From positions 253,973-317,972 of the forward strand of contig CAWEKT010000001.1 of the NCBI GenBank assembly GCA_963809765.1: 64,000 nucleotides of DNA, read 5' to 3'. Made by a program: the position numbers and the translations under genes. Source of the DNA: an uncultured Thermoleophilia bacterium. GTDB taxonomy: Bacteria > Actinomycetota > Thermoleophilia > Gaiellales > Gaiellaceae. The notes beneath the pieces were generated by a model, which worked only from the letters and a program-made list of their open reading frames with translations, was not told where the DNA came from and made no database searches. Shown in pieces: positions 11,200 to 20,838 of this stretch (the stretch's first letter is position 1; each line of letters starts with the position of its first letter).

Positions 11200-12453
11200 A
11201 TGTTCTCCTGGCTCGCGAACGCCTGGCGTGTCCCGGATCTCCGGCGCCGCGTCCTCTTCACGGCACTGATCCTGGCGATCTACCGCTTCGGCTCCTGGGT
11301 GCCGGCGCCCGGCATCGACTCGGAGCAGATCCAGGGGTACTTCGACCAGCAGAGCGGCACCGTCCTCAGCCTGCTCAACCTCTTCTCGGGTGGTGCGCTT
11401 TCCCAGTTCGCGGTCTTCGCGCTCGGGATCATGCCGTACGTCACGGCCTCGATCATCCTGCAGCTGATGACGGTGGTCGTGCCCAAGCTCGAGGCGCTCC
11501 AGAAGGAGGGCGAGTCGGGTTACGCCAAGATCAACCAGTACACGCGCTACCTGACCATCGTGCTGGCGGCGCTCCAGGCCATCGGCTACGCGTACCTGTT
11601 CCAGCGCCAGGGCATCCTCGACGCCAGCTTCGGGAACCTCGTCCTCATCGTCGTCACGCTCACCGCGGGCACGGCGCTGCTGATGTGGATGGGTGAGCTG
11701 ATCACGAAGCGCGGCATCGGCAACGGCATCTCGCTGCTGATCTTCGCGTCGATCCTGACCGGCCTGCCCCTCGGGATCAGCGCCTGGTACAACGGCGGCA
11801 TCACCGAGCGGCTGTTCCTGCCGCTCATGGCCGTCTCGATCGTCGTGGCGATCGTCTTCATCCAGGAGGGCCAGCGGCGGATCCCGATCCAGTACGCGAA
11901 GCGCATGGTGGGCCGGCGCCTCACCTCCGGCGGCTCGACCTACATGCCGCTCCGCGTCAACATGGCGGGCGTCATCCCGGTCATCTTCGCGGCCGCGATC
12001 ATGGCCTTCCCGCCGACGGTCGGCCAGTACTTCCCGTCCACGCAGTCCTTCGTCAACACGTACTTCTCGTACACGGACTGGCCGTTCCTGATCTCGCAGG
12101 GCGTGATGATCGTGATCTTCACCTACTTCTACACGGCGGTTCAGTTCAACCCGGTCGACCAGGCGGACAACCTGCGCAAGCACGGCGGCTACATCCCGGG
12201 CATCCGGCCGGGCGCGCCGACGGCGCACTACCTCGACCGCGTGCTGACGCGCCTGACCCTGCCCGGTGCGCTGTACCTGGCCACCGTGGCGACGCTGCCG
12301 AGCCTGGCGATCATCTACTTCGGCTTCTCACAGGCGACCGCGGGCGCGATCGGCGGCACCTCGGTGCTGATCGCGGTCGGCGTGGCGCTCGACACCATGC
12401 GGCAGATGGAGTCGCAGATGATGATGCGCTCCTACGAAGGCTTCCTCAGATAG
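11200..12453 (+). CDS. secY: Preprotein translocase subunit SecY
   Basis: 417-aa polytopic membrane protein. LFSGGALSQFAVFALGIMPYVTASIILQL is the SecY signature. Spc operon position. Confidence 0.97.
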   Translation: MFSWLANAWRVPDLRRRVLFTALILAIYRFGSWVPAPGIDSEQIQGYFDQQSGTVLSLLNLFSGGALSQFAVFALGIMPYVTASIILQLMTVVVPKLEALQKEGESGYAKINQYTRYLTIVLAALQAIGYAYLFQRQGILDASFGNLVLIVVTLTAGTALLMWMGELITKRGIGNGISLLIFASILTGLPLGISAWYNGGITERLFLPLMAVSIVVAIVFIQEGQRRIPIQYAKRMVGRRLTSGGSTYMPLRVNMAGVIPVIFAAAIMAFPPTVGQYFPSTQSFVNTYFSYTDWPFLISQGVMIVIFTYFYTAVQFNPVDQADNLRKHGGYIPGIRPGAPTAHYLDRVLTRLTLPGALYLATVATLPSLAIIYFGFSQATAGAIGGTSVLIAVGVALDTMRQMESQMMMRSYEGFLR

Positions 12454-12472
12454 CCGTTGCGTCGCAACGGCT
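12452..12472 (+). terminator. Perfect 9-bp hairpin overlapping the secY stop (no U-tract)
   Basis: AGCCGTTGC-gtc-GCAACGGCT. Lies in the 120-nt secY-adk spacer. Function uncertain. Confidence 0.3.
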
Positions 12473-12572
12473 TCGGTGCGTGAGATCGTGACAGCGACGT
12501 GGGATTGCCGGAATCGGCTTCGGCAACGCGTACCCATGCCGGCGCCTCGTGCGCAGGCAACCTGAACCACCC

Positions 12573-13148
12573 ATGAACATCCTGCTCCTAGGCCCACAGG
12601 GCGCCGGCAAGGGAACACAGGCGAAGCGGATCGCCGCCGAGTACGGCATCCCGCACATCGCCACCGGCGACATGCTGCGCGAGGCGATAGCGGCGGGCAC
12701 CGACCTCGGGCTGCGCGTGAAGCCGATCCTCGACAACGGCGGGCTCGTCCCCGACGAGCTCATGATCGAGCTCATCCGCGACCGGCTCTCGCACCCCGAC
12801 GCGGACACCGGCTTCGTGCTCGACGGCTTCCCGCGCACGATGGGCCAGGCGGACGCCCTCGATGCCATGCTCTCCGAGATCGAGCGAGACCTCGACATCG
12901 TCTTCGCGCTCCAGCTCGACGACGAGGCCGCCCTCGACCGGCTGCTGCGCCGGGCGCAGGAGGAGGGGCGCTCCGACGACACGCCCGAGGTGATCCGGAC
13001 GCGCCTGCGCAACTACCACGAGAACACCGAGCCGCTGATCGGCCACTACCGCCTGCAGGGGAACCTGGTCGGCATCCACGCCGACCGTTCGATCAACGAG
13101 GTCTTCGCCGAGATCCAGGCGGCGCTCGAGCAGGTCGCCGCCCGATGA
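12573..13148 (+). CDS. adk: Adenylate kinase (short LID, no Cys4)
   Basis: 191 aa from ATG 12573 (the track ORF starts at 12549). MNILLLGPQGAGKGTQ is the P-loop. Spc operon position. Confidence 0.95.
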   Translation: MNILLLGPQGAGKGTQAKRIAAEYGIPHIATGDMLREAIAAGTDLGLRVKPILDNGGLVPDELMIELIRDRLSHPDADTGFVLDGFPRTMGQADALDAMLSEIERDLDIVFALQLDDEAALDRLLRRAQEEGRSDDTPEVIRTRLRNYHENTEPLIGHYRLQGNLVGIHADRSINEVFAEIQAALEQVAAR

Positions 13149-13939
13149 TCGTCCGCAAGTCGCCGGCCGAGATCGAGCGCATGGCCCGCGCCGGCCGCGT
13201 CGTCTCGGAGACGCTCGCGCTGCTCGGCGAGCACATCCGCCCGGGCGTCACGACCGGGGAGCTCGACGCGATCGCCGACGAGTACATCGCCTCCCGCGGC
13301 GGCCATCCGACCTTCAAGGGCTACCGCGGCTACCCGGCCGCCATCTGCGCCTCGCCGAACGACATGATCGTGCACGGGATTCCGGGCGGCTACGCGCTTG
13401 CGGAGGGCGACACGCTGTCGGTCGACGTCGGCGTGACGCTCGACGGCTTCATCGGCGACGCCGCCTTCACGTTCCCGGTGGGCGACATCGACGCCGAGAC
13501 GGCACGGCTCTTGCAGACGTGCCGCGAGGCGCTCGCCGCGGGCATCGAGCAGTGCCTGGCCGGCCGACGGCTCGGCGACGTCTCACACGCCATCCAGGAG
13601 GCGACGGAGCGCGCCGGCTTCACCGTCGTGCGCGCGCTCGTCGGGCACGGCGTCGGCCGCTCGATGCACGAGGAGCCGCAGATCCCGAACTACGGCCCGC
13701 CCGGGCGCGGGCCGGAGCTCAAGCCTGGCATCGTGCTGGCGATCGAGCCGATGATCACCGCCGGCACGCACCAGATCGTCCTGCACGACGACGACTGGTC
13801 GATCTCCACCGCCGACGGCTCCCAGGCCGCCCACTTCGAGCACACGGTGGCGATCACCGAGGGCGAGCCGCGGATCCTCACCTGGCCGCATCCAGCGGTC
13901 GGAATCGCGGCCCTCGAGCGCGCCGCGGCCACCGGCTGA
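13145..13939 (+). CDS. map: Methionine aminopeptidase type I
   Basis: 264 aa; start overlaps the adk stop. SVDVGVTLDGFIGD, HGVGRSMHEEP, LAIEPM and HFEHTV match the MetAP metal-site regions. Confidence 0.95.
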   Translation: MIVRKSPAEIERMARAGRVVSETLALLGEHIRPGVTTGELDAIADEYIASRGGHPTFKGYRGYPAAICASPNDMIVHGIPGGYALAEGDTLSVDVGVTLDGFIGDAAFTFPVGDIDAETARLLQTCREALAAGIEQCLAGRRLGDVSHAIQEATERAGFTVVRALVGHGVGRSMHEEPQIPNYGPPGRGPELKPGIVLAIEPMITAGTHQIVLHDDDWSISTADGSQAAHFEHTVAITEGEPRILTWPHPAVGIAALERAAATG

Positions 13940-13982
13940 CGCGGCCGCGACCGGAACGCGCCGTTTGCTACAGTGCCCGCAC

Positions 13983-14012
13983 GGCGCAGCGGGCTGCGCC
14001 GATTTGTTGTGT
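13983..14012 (+). terminator. Intrinsic-terminator-like hairpin after map
   Basis: GGCGCAG-cggg-CTGCGCC (13983-14000) followed by the T-rich GATTTGTTGTGT. T-runs are rare in this sequence. Confidence 0.5.
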
Positions 14013-14053
14013 CCGCGCGCTCGGGCCGAGTGCGCCCGTCCGAGCGAGGTTCG

Positions 14054-14167
14054 ATGAAGGTCAGACCGTCCGTGAAGCCCATGTGCGAGCGGTGTCGCGT
14101 GATCAAGCGGCACGGGCGCACCATGGTCATCTGCACGAACCCGCGTCACAAGCAGCGGCAAGGGTAG
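14054..14167 (+). CDS. rpmJ: 50S ribosomal protein L36 (zinc form)
   Basis: 37 aa: [37 protein letters not shown]. Lies inside track ORF 13973..14167. Confidence 0.95.
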   Translation: MKVRPSVKPMCERCRVIKRHGRTMVICTNPRHKQRQG

Positions 14168-14176
14168 GAGGAGTTC

Positions 14177-14551
14177 TTGGCACGAATCGCAGGCGTCAAC
14201 CTCCCGCGCGAGAAGCGGCTCGAGGTTGGCCTGACGTACATCTTCGGCATCGGCCGCTCGACGGCGAACAGCGTGCTCGCCGAGCTCGGCCTCTCGCCGG
14301 ACACCAAGGTGCGCGACCTCACCGACGAGGAGATCACGCGGCTGCGCGAGCACATCGACGGCAACCTGCAGGTCGAGGGCGACCTGCGCCGCGAGCGCTC
14401 GCAGTCGATCAAGCGGCTCGGCGAGATCGGCGCGTATCGCGGAATCCGCCACCGCCGCAACCTGCCCGTGAACGGGCAGCGGACGAAGACGAACGCGCGC
14501 ACCCGCAAGGGCCCGAAGCGCAGCGTCGGTCGCGGCAAGAAGGCGAAGTAG
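14177..14551 (+). CDS. rpsM: 30S ribosomal protein S13
   Basis: 124 aa with a TTG start. [25 protein letters not shown] is S13. Confidence 0.96.
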   Translation: MARIAGVNLPREKRLEVGLTYIFGIGRSTANSVLAELGLSPDTKVRDLTDEEITRLREHIDGNLQVEGDLRRERSQSIKRLGEIGAYRGIRHRRNLPVNGQRTKTNARTRKGPKRSVGRGKKAK

Positions 14552-14554
14552 CCC

Positions 14555-14959
14555 ATGGCACCTCCTCGCAAGCAGGCGGCCCGGGGCCGCACCCGCCGCC
14601 GCGTCAAGAAGAACATCGCCATCGGCCAGGCGCACATCAAGACGTCGTTCAACAACACGATCGTCGCGCTGACCGACAAGGAGGGCAACGTCATCGTCTG
14701 GGAGTCGGCCGGCTCGGCGGGCTTCAAGGGCTCGCGCAAGTCGACGCCGTTCGCGGCCCAGGTGACCGCCGACGCCTGCGCCCGCAAGGGCATGGAGCAC
14801 GGCCTCCAGAAGGTCGAGGTCTTCGTCAAGGGCCCCGGCTCGGGGCGTGAGACCGCGATCCGCTCGCTGCAGGCCGCCGGGCTCGAGATCCTGGGCGTCC
14901 GCGACGTGACTCCGCAGGCGCACAACGGCGTCCGCCCCAAGAAGCGGAGGCGCGTTTGA
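14555..14959 (+). CDS. rpsK: 30S ribosomal protein S11
   Basis: 134 aa. [19 protein letters not shown]...[14 protein letters not shown] is S11. Confidence 0.97.
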   Translation: MAPPRKQAARGRTRRRVKKNIAIGQAHIKTSFNNTIVALTDKEGNVIVWESAGSAGFKGSRKSTPFAAQVTADACARKGMEHGLQKVEVFVKGPGSGRETAIRSLQAAGLEILGVRDVTPQAHNGVRPKKRRRV

Positions 14960-15123
14960 TGGCGACCCCATCCGCGTATCTCGCACTCACCGGGGCGCTG
15001 CAAAGCTGCGCCATGCGTCGTCCTCGGTTGCGCCCGTAGCCTCCGGCACGAACGCGCCCTGCGTCCTAGCCTGGCTTGCTTTTCGCGGCCGGTGAGCACG
15101 AGCTCCACGGACGGTGGTCGCTA

Positions 15124-15744
15124 GTGGCCCGCACGCTCGGCCCCAAGTGCCGTTTCTGCCGCCGCGAGGGCATGAAGCTCTTCCTGAAGGGCGAGCGCTG
15201 CCTGACCGAGAAGTGCTCGGTCGAGCGCCGCTCGTACCCGCCGGGCGAGCACGGCCGCGGCCGCATCAAGCAGTCGGAGTACCTGATCCAGCTGCGCGAG
15301 AAGCAGAAGGCGCGCCGGTACTACGGGCTGCTCGAGAAGCAGTTCCGCACCTACTACGAGAAGGCTGCGCGCGGCTCGGGCATCACGGGCGAGAACCTGC
15401 TGCGCATGCTGGAGACGCGGCTCGACAACGTCGTCTACCGCCTGGGCTTCGCCTCTTCGCGGGCGCAGGCACGGCAGCTCGTGCGCCATGGCCACTTCCA
15501 CGTGAACGGCCGGCGCGTCAACGTGCCGAGCTTTCAGGTGCGCCCGGACGACGTCGTCACCATCGCGCCCAACTCGGCTGCAGAGCCGACCGTGCGCGAC
15601 GCCACCGACCTCACAGCGTCGGTGGCCCCCTGGCTCCAGGCAGACCACGAAGGATTGACGGGCAAGGTGCTCAAGTGGCCCGAGCGTGCCGAGATCGACA
15701 CGCCGGTCTCCGAGCAGCTGATCGTCGAGCTCTACTCGAAGTAG
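15124..15744 (+). CDS. rpsD: 30S ribosomal protein S4
   Basis: 206 aa from GTG 15124 (the track ORF begins at 15076). [25 protein letters not shown] is the N-terminus. The S4 RNA-binding domain is [25 protein letters not shown]. Confidence 0.94.
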   Translation: MARTLGPKCRFCRREGMKLFLKGERCLTEKCSVERRSYPPGEHGRGRIKQSEYLIQLREKQKARRYYGLLEKQFRTYYEKAARGSGITGENLLRMLETRLDNVVYRLGFASSRAQARQLVRHGHFHVNGRRVNVPSFQVRPDDVVTIAPNSAAEPTVRDATDLTASVAPWLQADHEGLTGKVLKWPERAEIDTPVSEQLIVELYSK

Positions 15745-15816
15745 CCCCAGAAGGTTTCGACATAGGCAGGAAGTCCGCCGGCCGGCCGGGCCGGGCGGAA
15801 GACGGAAAGGATTGAC

Positions 15817-16785
15817 TTGGCTACCAGAACCAGCCTGATGGATTTCCAGATTCCCCGCATCGTCCACGAGGAGGTCGAGGAGCAGCGGGGCGTCTTCGTC
15901 ATCGAGCCGCTCGACCGCGGCTTCGGTTACACGTTCGGCAACTCGCTGCGCCGTGTGCTGCTCTCCTCACTCGAGGGCGCCGCGGTCACGTCGGTGAAGA
16001 TCGAGGGCGTCGCGCACGAGTTCACGACCCTGCCGGGCGTCCGCGAGGACGTCACGGACATCATCCTCCAGCTCAAGAACCTGATCTGCCTGCTCCATGG
16101 CGCGTCGCCCGAGATCGAGGTGCGGCTCACCAAGCGCGGCTCCGGCATCGTCACCGCCGGTGACATCGAGGCGCCCGCCGACCTCGAGATCCTCAACCCG
16201 GAGCTCGAGATCGCGCACCTCTCCGACAACGGCAAGCTCGAGCTGACGATCACCATCGGCCGCGGCCGGGGCTATGTGCCGGCCGAGATGAACCGCGGTC
16301 CCGAGCACACGATCGGCGTGATCCCGATCGACTCGATCTTCTCGCCGGTCCGGCGCGTCTCGTACGACGTCGAGGCTGCCCGCGTCGGGCAGCGCACCGA
16401 CTACGACAAGCTGCGCCTGGATGTGACCACCGACGGCTCGATGGACCCGCGTGAGGCGATCGGCCAGGCGGCCGAGATCCTGATCCGTCAGCTGGCGATC
16501 TTCACGGACATCGAGAAGATGGAGGGCTTCGGCGACGGCGCAGCGCCCACCGAGGTGGCCGAGCCGTCACTGGCGCACGGGATGGAGAACTTCCCGATCG
16601 AGGAGCTGGAGCTCGGCGTCCGCTCGTACAACTGCCTCAAGCGCGTCGGCATCGAGACCATCGGCGACCTCGTCTCGAAGAACGAGAACGAGCTGGCCGC
16701 GATCCCGAACTTCGGCAAGAAGTCGATCGAGGAGGTCAAGGAGACGCTCGCCGCCCACGGCCTCAAGCTGCGCGGAGACGAGTAG
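15817..16785 (+). CDS. rpoA: DNA-directed RNA polymerase alpha subunit
   Basis: 322 aa. TTG 15817 has GGAAAGGA 5 nt upstream; ATG 15838 is the alternative. EPLDRGFGYTFGNSLRRVLLSS, plus C-terminal domain ELELGVRSYNCLKRVGIETIGDL. Confidence 0.96.
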   Translation: MATRTSLMDFQIPRIVHEEVEEQRGVFVIEPLDRGFGYTFGNSLRRVLLSSLEGAAVTSVKIEGVAHEFTTLPGVREDVTDIILQLKNLICLLHGASPEIEVRLTKRGSGIVTAGDIEAPADLEILNPELEIAHLSDNGKLELTITIGRGRGYVPAEMNRGPEHTIGVIPIDSIFSPVRRVSYDVEAARVGQRTDYDKLRLDVTTDGSMDPREAIGQAAEILIRQLAIFTDIEKMEGFGDGAAPTEVAEPSLAHGMENFPIEELELGVRSYNCLKRVGIETIGDLVSKNENELAAIPNFGKKSIEEVKETLAAHGLKLRGDE

Positions 16786-17220
16786 TTGCGCCATCGCCGC
16801 TCCGGCAGGAAGCTGGGCCGCGACTCGGCCCATCGCCGCGCGCTCTACGCCAATCTGGCGGGAGCGCTGATCGAGCACGGCCGCATCCGCACGACCGAGG
16901 CCAAGGCCAAGGAGGTGCGGCCGATCGCCGAGCAGATGATCACGCTCGGCCGGCGCGGCGACCTGGCGGCCCGGCGGCGCGCTCTCGCCTACCTGCGCTC
17001 GCAGGAGATCGTCCACAAGCTCTTCGCCGAGGTCGGGCCGCGCTTCGCAGAGCGGCCGGGCGGCTACTCGCGGATCGTCAAGCTCGGCCCGCGCGCGGGT
17101 GACGCCGCCCCGATGGCGTACCTCGAGCTCGTCGACTACGTGCCCCAGGGGCCGACCGAGGAAGTGCAGCGCCGGCGGCTCCTGCGCCTCCGCCAGCGCG
17201 AGGAAGCGGCCGCGGGCTAG
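16786..17220 (+). CDS. rplQ: 50S ribosomal protein L17
   Basis: 144 aa; TTG start directly after the rpoA stop. [20 protein letters not shown]...[15 protein letters not shown] is L17. Confidence 0.96.
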   Translation: MRHRRSGRKLGRDSAHRRALYANLAGALIEHGRIRTTEAKAKEVRPIAEQMITLGRRGDLAARRRALAYLRSQEIVHKLFAEVGPRFAERPGGYSRIVKLGPRAGDAAPMAYLELVDYVPQGPTEEVQRRRLLRLRQREEAAAG

Positions 17221-17453
17221 CGCCGCGGCGCCGGACGCGACGGCTCACGCCGCGCGCCTGCGCTACCACGAGCCCGGCTCACATCCGGCCCAGACGCGTG
17301 CGGGGTTCCTCGCTACCGTCGCCCAGGCGAGCGCTCTGTCCGCGAGCGCGTGCTTGGCTGTGCTCCCCCAGCGCGATGAGTTTTCCGGCGCGGACGGGTC
17401 AAGGCACTGAGACGGAACCTGCGGCCACAGCGCCCGCCTACTGAGGAGGCACG

Positions 17454-18101
17454 ATGAGCAAGCTTCGGTGCCACATCTCGATCTCGCTGGACGGCTTCGT
17501 CGCCGGCCCGAACCAGAGCGAGGAGAACCCGCTCGGCGAGGGCGGCGAGCGGCTCCACGATTGGGTGGTTCGGCTGGCAGCCTGGCGCCAACCGCACGGC
17601 AAGCAAGGCGGCGAGGTGAACGAGAGCACACGGGTCCTCGAGGAATCGCTCGAGAACATCGGAGCCGGCGTGATGGGGCGAAACATGTTCGGCCCGATCG
17701 GCGGCGGGGCCTGGGGCGACGAGCAGTGGACGGGCTGGTGGGGCGATGAGCCTCCATACCACTACCCCGTGTTCATCCTCACCCATCACCCGCGTGATCC
17801 CGTGGTGATGGAGGGCGGGACCACGTTCCACTTCGTCACCGACGGAATCGAGTCCGCGCTCGACCAGGCAAGGGAGGCCGCCGGCGGCAAAGACGTCATG
17901 CTCTGGGGCGGCGGCCAGGTCGCGCAGCAGTATCTGGCAGCCGGACTGCTGGACGAGCTCGAGCTCCACGTCGTTCCGGTGGTGCTCGGCGGCGGTGCTC
18001 GCATCTTCGACAACCTTGGGGACGCAGGGGTGCAGCTCGAGCAGGTCCGGGCAGTCGAGGCGCCCGGCGTCACCCACCTCAAGTACAGGAGCGTGAACTG
18101 A
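17454..18101 (+). CDS. Dihydrofolate-reductase-like (RibD C-terminal domain) family protein
   Basis: 215 aa; GAGGAGG precedes the ATG. ISISLDGFVAGPNQ, GRNMFGP and ELELHVVPVVLGGG match the RibD_C/DHFR-like reductase fold. Confidence 0.8.
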   Translation: MSKLRCHISISLDGFVAGPNQSEENPLGEGGERLHDWVVRLAAWRQPHGKQGGEVNESTRVLEESLENIGAGVMGRNMFGPIGGGAWGDEQWTGWWGDEPPYHYPVFILTHHPRDPVVMEGGTTFHFVTDGIESALDQAREAAGGKDVMLWGGGQVAQQYLAAGLLDELELHVVPVVLGGGARIFDNLGDAGVQLEQVRAVEAPGVTHLKYRSVN

Positions 18102-18121
18102 AGCCGGTCTGAGCGGCCGCG

Positions 18122-19276
18122 CTAGCCCCAGGCGACGGGCAGCGCCGCGAGGCTCCTGAAGAGCGGGACGGCCCGCCAGCGCAGCTCGTCCTTCGGTATG
18201 GCGAGGCGGAGGACGGGAAGCCGGCGCAGCAGCGTCGCCAGCGCGATCTCCGCCTCGAGCCGGGCGAGCGGCGCGCCGAGGCAGTAGTGGCTGCCGCGGC
18301 CGAAGGCGATGTGCTTGTTGTCGGCCCGCTCGAGGTCGAGCTCATCCGGCCGTGAGAAGCGACCCTCGTCGTGGTTGGCGGAGTTGAGGATCGCGATGAT
18401 CCCGTCGCCCTTGCGGATGAGCGCGCCGCCGAGCTCCACGTCGTCGGCGGCCCATCGGTTCAGCGTGCGCTCGACCGGGCCGTCGTAGCGGAGCAGCTCC
18501 TCGACCGCGGCCGGGATCTGCGCCGGGTCCTCGCGCAGCGCCTCGAGCGCCGGTGGGTGGTTGAGGAGCGCGAGCACGGCGTTGCCGATCAGGCTGACGG
18601 TGGTCTCGTGCCCGGCGACGATCAGCAGGACGACCATGGCGTAGAGCTCGTCCTCGGCGAGCGTGTCCCCGCCGTCCTCAGCCTGGATCAGGGCGCTGAC
18701 GAGGTCGTCGCGCGGCGCCTCCCGCCGCGCCGCAAAGAGCTCCCGCAGGTAGGCGATGAACTCCATCAGGAGCATGACTGTCTGCTGCAGCGCCTCCGGC
18801 GTCAGCGCCGGCGAGACGATCGCGTCCGACCATGCCCGGAAGCGGTCGCGGTCGGCTGCGGGGATCCCGAGCAGCTCGGCGATGACCGTGATCGGCAGGG
18901 GAAAGGCGAACGACTCGACGAGATCCGTCGAGCCCTGCGCCTCGACGGCGTCGATCAGCTCGTCGGCGATCTCCTGGATGCGTGGTCGCAGCTGCTCGAC
19001 CGTCCGCGGCGTGAACGCCTTGGTGACCAGCCGGCGCAGCCGCCGGTGATCTGCGCCGTCCTTGTTGAGCATGTGGTTCTCGATGAAGCGGAAGTCGTCG
19101 GGGAGCTCGGCGCGCATCTCGGCCAGCTGCTCGTCGTCGAGCGCGAGCTCGGGATCGCGCACGAAGCGCTCGTCGTCCAGCAACATCGCCACCACATCGT
19201 CGTAGCGGGTGACGAACCAGAGCTTCGTCTCGCCGTCGAGGCCGATCTGGTACAGCACGGGGTCGTGCTCCCGCAT
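18122..19276 (-). CDS. Cytochrome P450
   Basis: 384 aa from ATG 19276. ExxR motif EELLRYD and heme loop [14 protein letters not shown]. Conserved N-terminal sequence continues upstream to 19348 without a canonical start (see findings). Confidence 0.92.
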   Translation of the reverse strand: MREHDPVLYQIGLDGETKLWFVTRYDDVVAMLLDDERFVRDPELALDDEQLAEMRAELPDDFRFIENHMLNKDGADHRRLRRLVTKAFTPRTVEQLRPRIQEIADELIDAVEAQGSTDLVESFAFPLPITVIAELLGIPAADRDRFRAWSDAIVSPALTPEALQQTVMLLMEFIAYLRELFAARREAPRDDLVSALIQAEDGGDTLAEDELYAMVVLLIVAGHETTVSLIGNAVLALLNHPPALEALREDPAQIPAAVEELLRYDGPVERTLNRWAADDVELGGALIRKGDGIIAILNSANHDEGRFSRPDELDLERADNKHIAFGRGSHYCLGAPLARLEAEIALATLLRRLPVLRLAIPKDELRWRAVPLFRSLAALPVAWG

Positions 19277-19389
19277 GGCCGCGAAGGTCTCGTACGTCGC
19301 GGCCCGGAAGGCGTCGCTGTAGAGGTCGTAGGTGCGCGTGGTGGCGATGCGCGCATCCTCGCACGGCGAAGCGGTGGGATCATCGCGGC

Positions 19390-20106
19390 GTGCGGCTCAA
19401 GCTGACGCTCGAGTACGACGGGACGGCCTTTCGCGGCTGGGCGGCGCAGCCGGGGCTGCGCACCGTCGAGAACGAGCTCCGGACCGCTCTGGGTGACCTC
19501 TACACGAGCTGCGACCGGCTCGCAGTGGCCGGCCGGACCGACGCCGGCGTCCATGCCCGCGGCAACGTCGTCAGCGTGGACGTCGAGGGCGGCCCGCCCA
19601 TCGCGCGAGCCGCCGAGGCACTGAACGCCGAGCTCCCCGACGACATCGCCGCCGTGGGTGTGGAGGAGGCGCCGTCCGACTTCCACGCCCGCCACTCGGC
19701 CCGATCGCGCTCCTACCGGTACCGCATCTGGCGCCGGCGCACGCCGTCGCCGCTCGAGCACCGGCGCAGCTGGTGGCTGCCGCATCCACCGGACGAGAGC
19801 ACACTGGCTGCCTGCGCCGCCCTGCTGCTCGGCAAGCACGACTTCCGTGCGTTCACGCCCACCGAGACGCGTCACGAGGTGTTCACCCGCACGGTGCTGG
19901 CGGCGTCGTGGCAGCAGGAGGGCGACGTGCTCGAGTTCACCGTGACCGCCGACAGCTTCCTCCGTCGCATGGTGCGGGCGCTCGTGGGGACCATGGTCGA
20001 GCAGCCGCCCGAGCAGTTCCAGCAGCTCCTCTCCGGGCGGCAGCGCGCCGAGGCGGGCACGACGGCGCCGCCGTGGGGCCTGTACCTGGAACGCGTCGAC
20101 TACTGA
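19390..20106 (+). CDS. truA: tRNA pseudouridine(38-40) synthase TruA
   Basis: 238 aa with a GTG start. [11 protein letters not shown], and GRTDAGVHA carrying the catalytic Asp. Confidence 0.93.
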   Translation: MRLKLTLEYDGTAFRGWAAQPGLRTVENELRTALGDLYTSCDRLAVAGRTDAGVHARGNVVSVDVEGGPPIARAAEALNAELPDDIAAVGVEEAPSDFHARHSARSRSYRYRIWRRRTPSPLEHRRSWWLPHPPDESTLAACAALLLGKHDFRAFTPTETRHEVFTRTVLAASWQQEGDVLEFTVTADSFLRRMVRALVGTMVEQPPEQFQQLLSGRQRAEAGTTAPPWGLYLERVDY

Positions 20107-20116
20107 GTCGGGTTCC

Positions 20117-20809
20117 CTATGCGACCGCGGGTGCCTTCACGGAGGCGACGTAGCCGCGCACGTCGGCCACGGGCTCCGAGTAAGCGTCGCCGAGCGTCTC
20201 CTCCATCCGGCTCAGGTAGTCCTCGGCCCAGGTCGGGAAGTCGTAGTCGATCGACCGCAGGAACTCGAGCGTGGCGGCGAGGCGGATGTCGGCGATCGAC
20301 GGCTGAGCGCCGCCGATGAACGGCCTTCCGGCCAGGAAGAAGGTGTTGAAGACCTCGAGCGGCTCCGCTAGCGCCGCCTGCGCGTCCTGCTGTGCCTTCG
20401 CCTTCATGGTTTCGTCGGCGCCAGAGGTTGCGACCTCGCCGGCGTACTGCGGAAAGCCGAGCGTCGGGTAGGTCGCTCGCGCCAGCAGCGGGTAGAACGT
20501 GCCGATCAAGTAGAACATCGCGTTGTCGACCATGGCCCGCTCGCCGGGGTCCCGCGGATAGAAGCGGTCGAGGCCGTGCTTGTTGCAGAGGTAGGCCATG
20601 ATCGCGCAGCTCTCGCCAAGCGCACCTCTCGGCAGTCCCTCCTCCTCGAGCATCGGCGTCAGGTGCGCCGGGTACTTGTTCACGAACTCCGGGCTCGTCG
20701 ACTTGCCCCAGACGTCGACCTCCTCGACGTCGAGGCCGGCGGCGCGGACGAAGATGCGGACGGTCAGGTTGTTGACGCTGGGCCTGAGGATGTTGAGCGT
20801 GGTCGCCAT
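20117..20809 (-). CDS. Glutathione S-transferase family protein
   Basis: 230 aa. Thioredoxin-like N-domain plus helical C-domain (GESCAIMAYL, FLAGRPFIGGAQPSIADIRLA). Confidence 0.7.
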   Translation of the reverse strand: MATTLNILRPSVNNLTVRIFVRAAGLDVEEVDVWGKSTSPEFVNKYPAHLTPMLEEEGLPRGALGESCAIMAYLCNKHGLDRFYPRDPGERAMVDNAMFYLIGTFYPLLARATYPTLGFPQYAGEVATSGADETMKAKAQQDAQAALAEPLEVFNTFFLAGRPFIGGAQPSIADIRLAATLEFLRSIDYDFPTWAEDYLSRMEETLGDAYSEPVADVRGYVASVKAPAVA

Positions 20810-20838
20810 GGACTCCTCCTGCTCGTTTGGGCGCGAGC

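Noticed and set aside
17221-17453. A possible riboswitch or leader in the 234-nt region upstream of the RibD_C-like reductase.
   Set aside because: I could not identify a conserved riboswitch core or a convincing terminator/antiterminator pair by eye.
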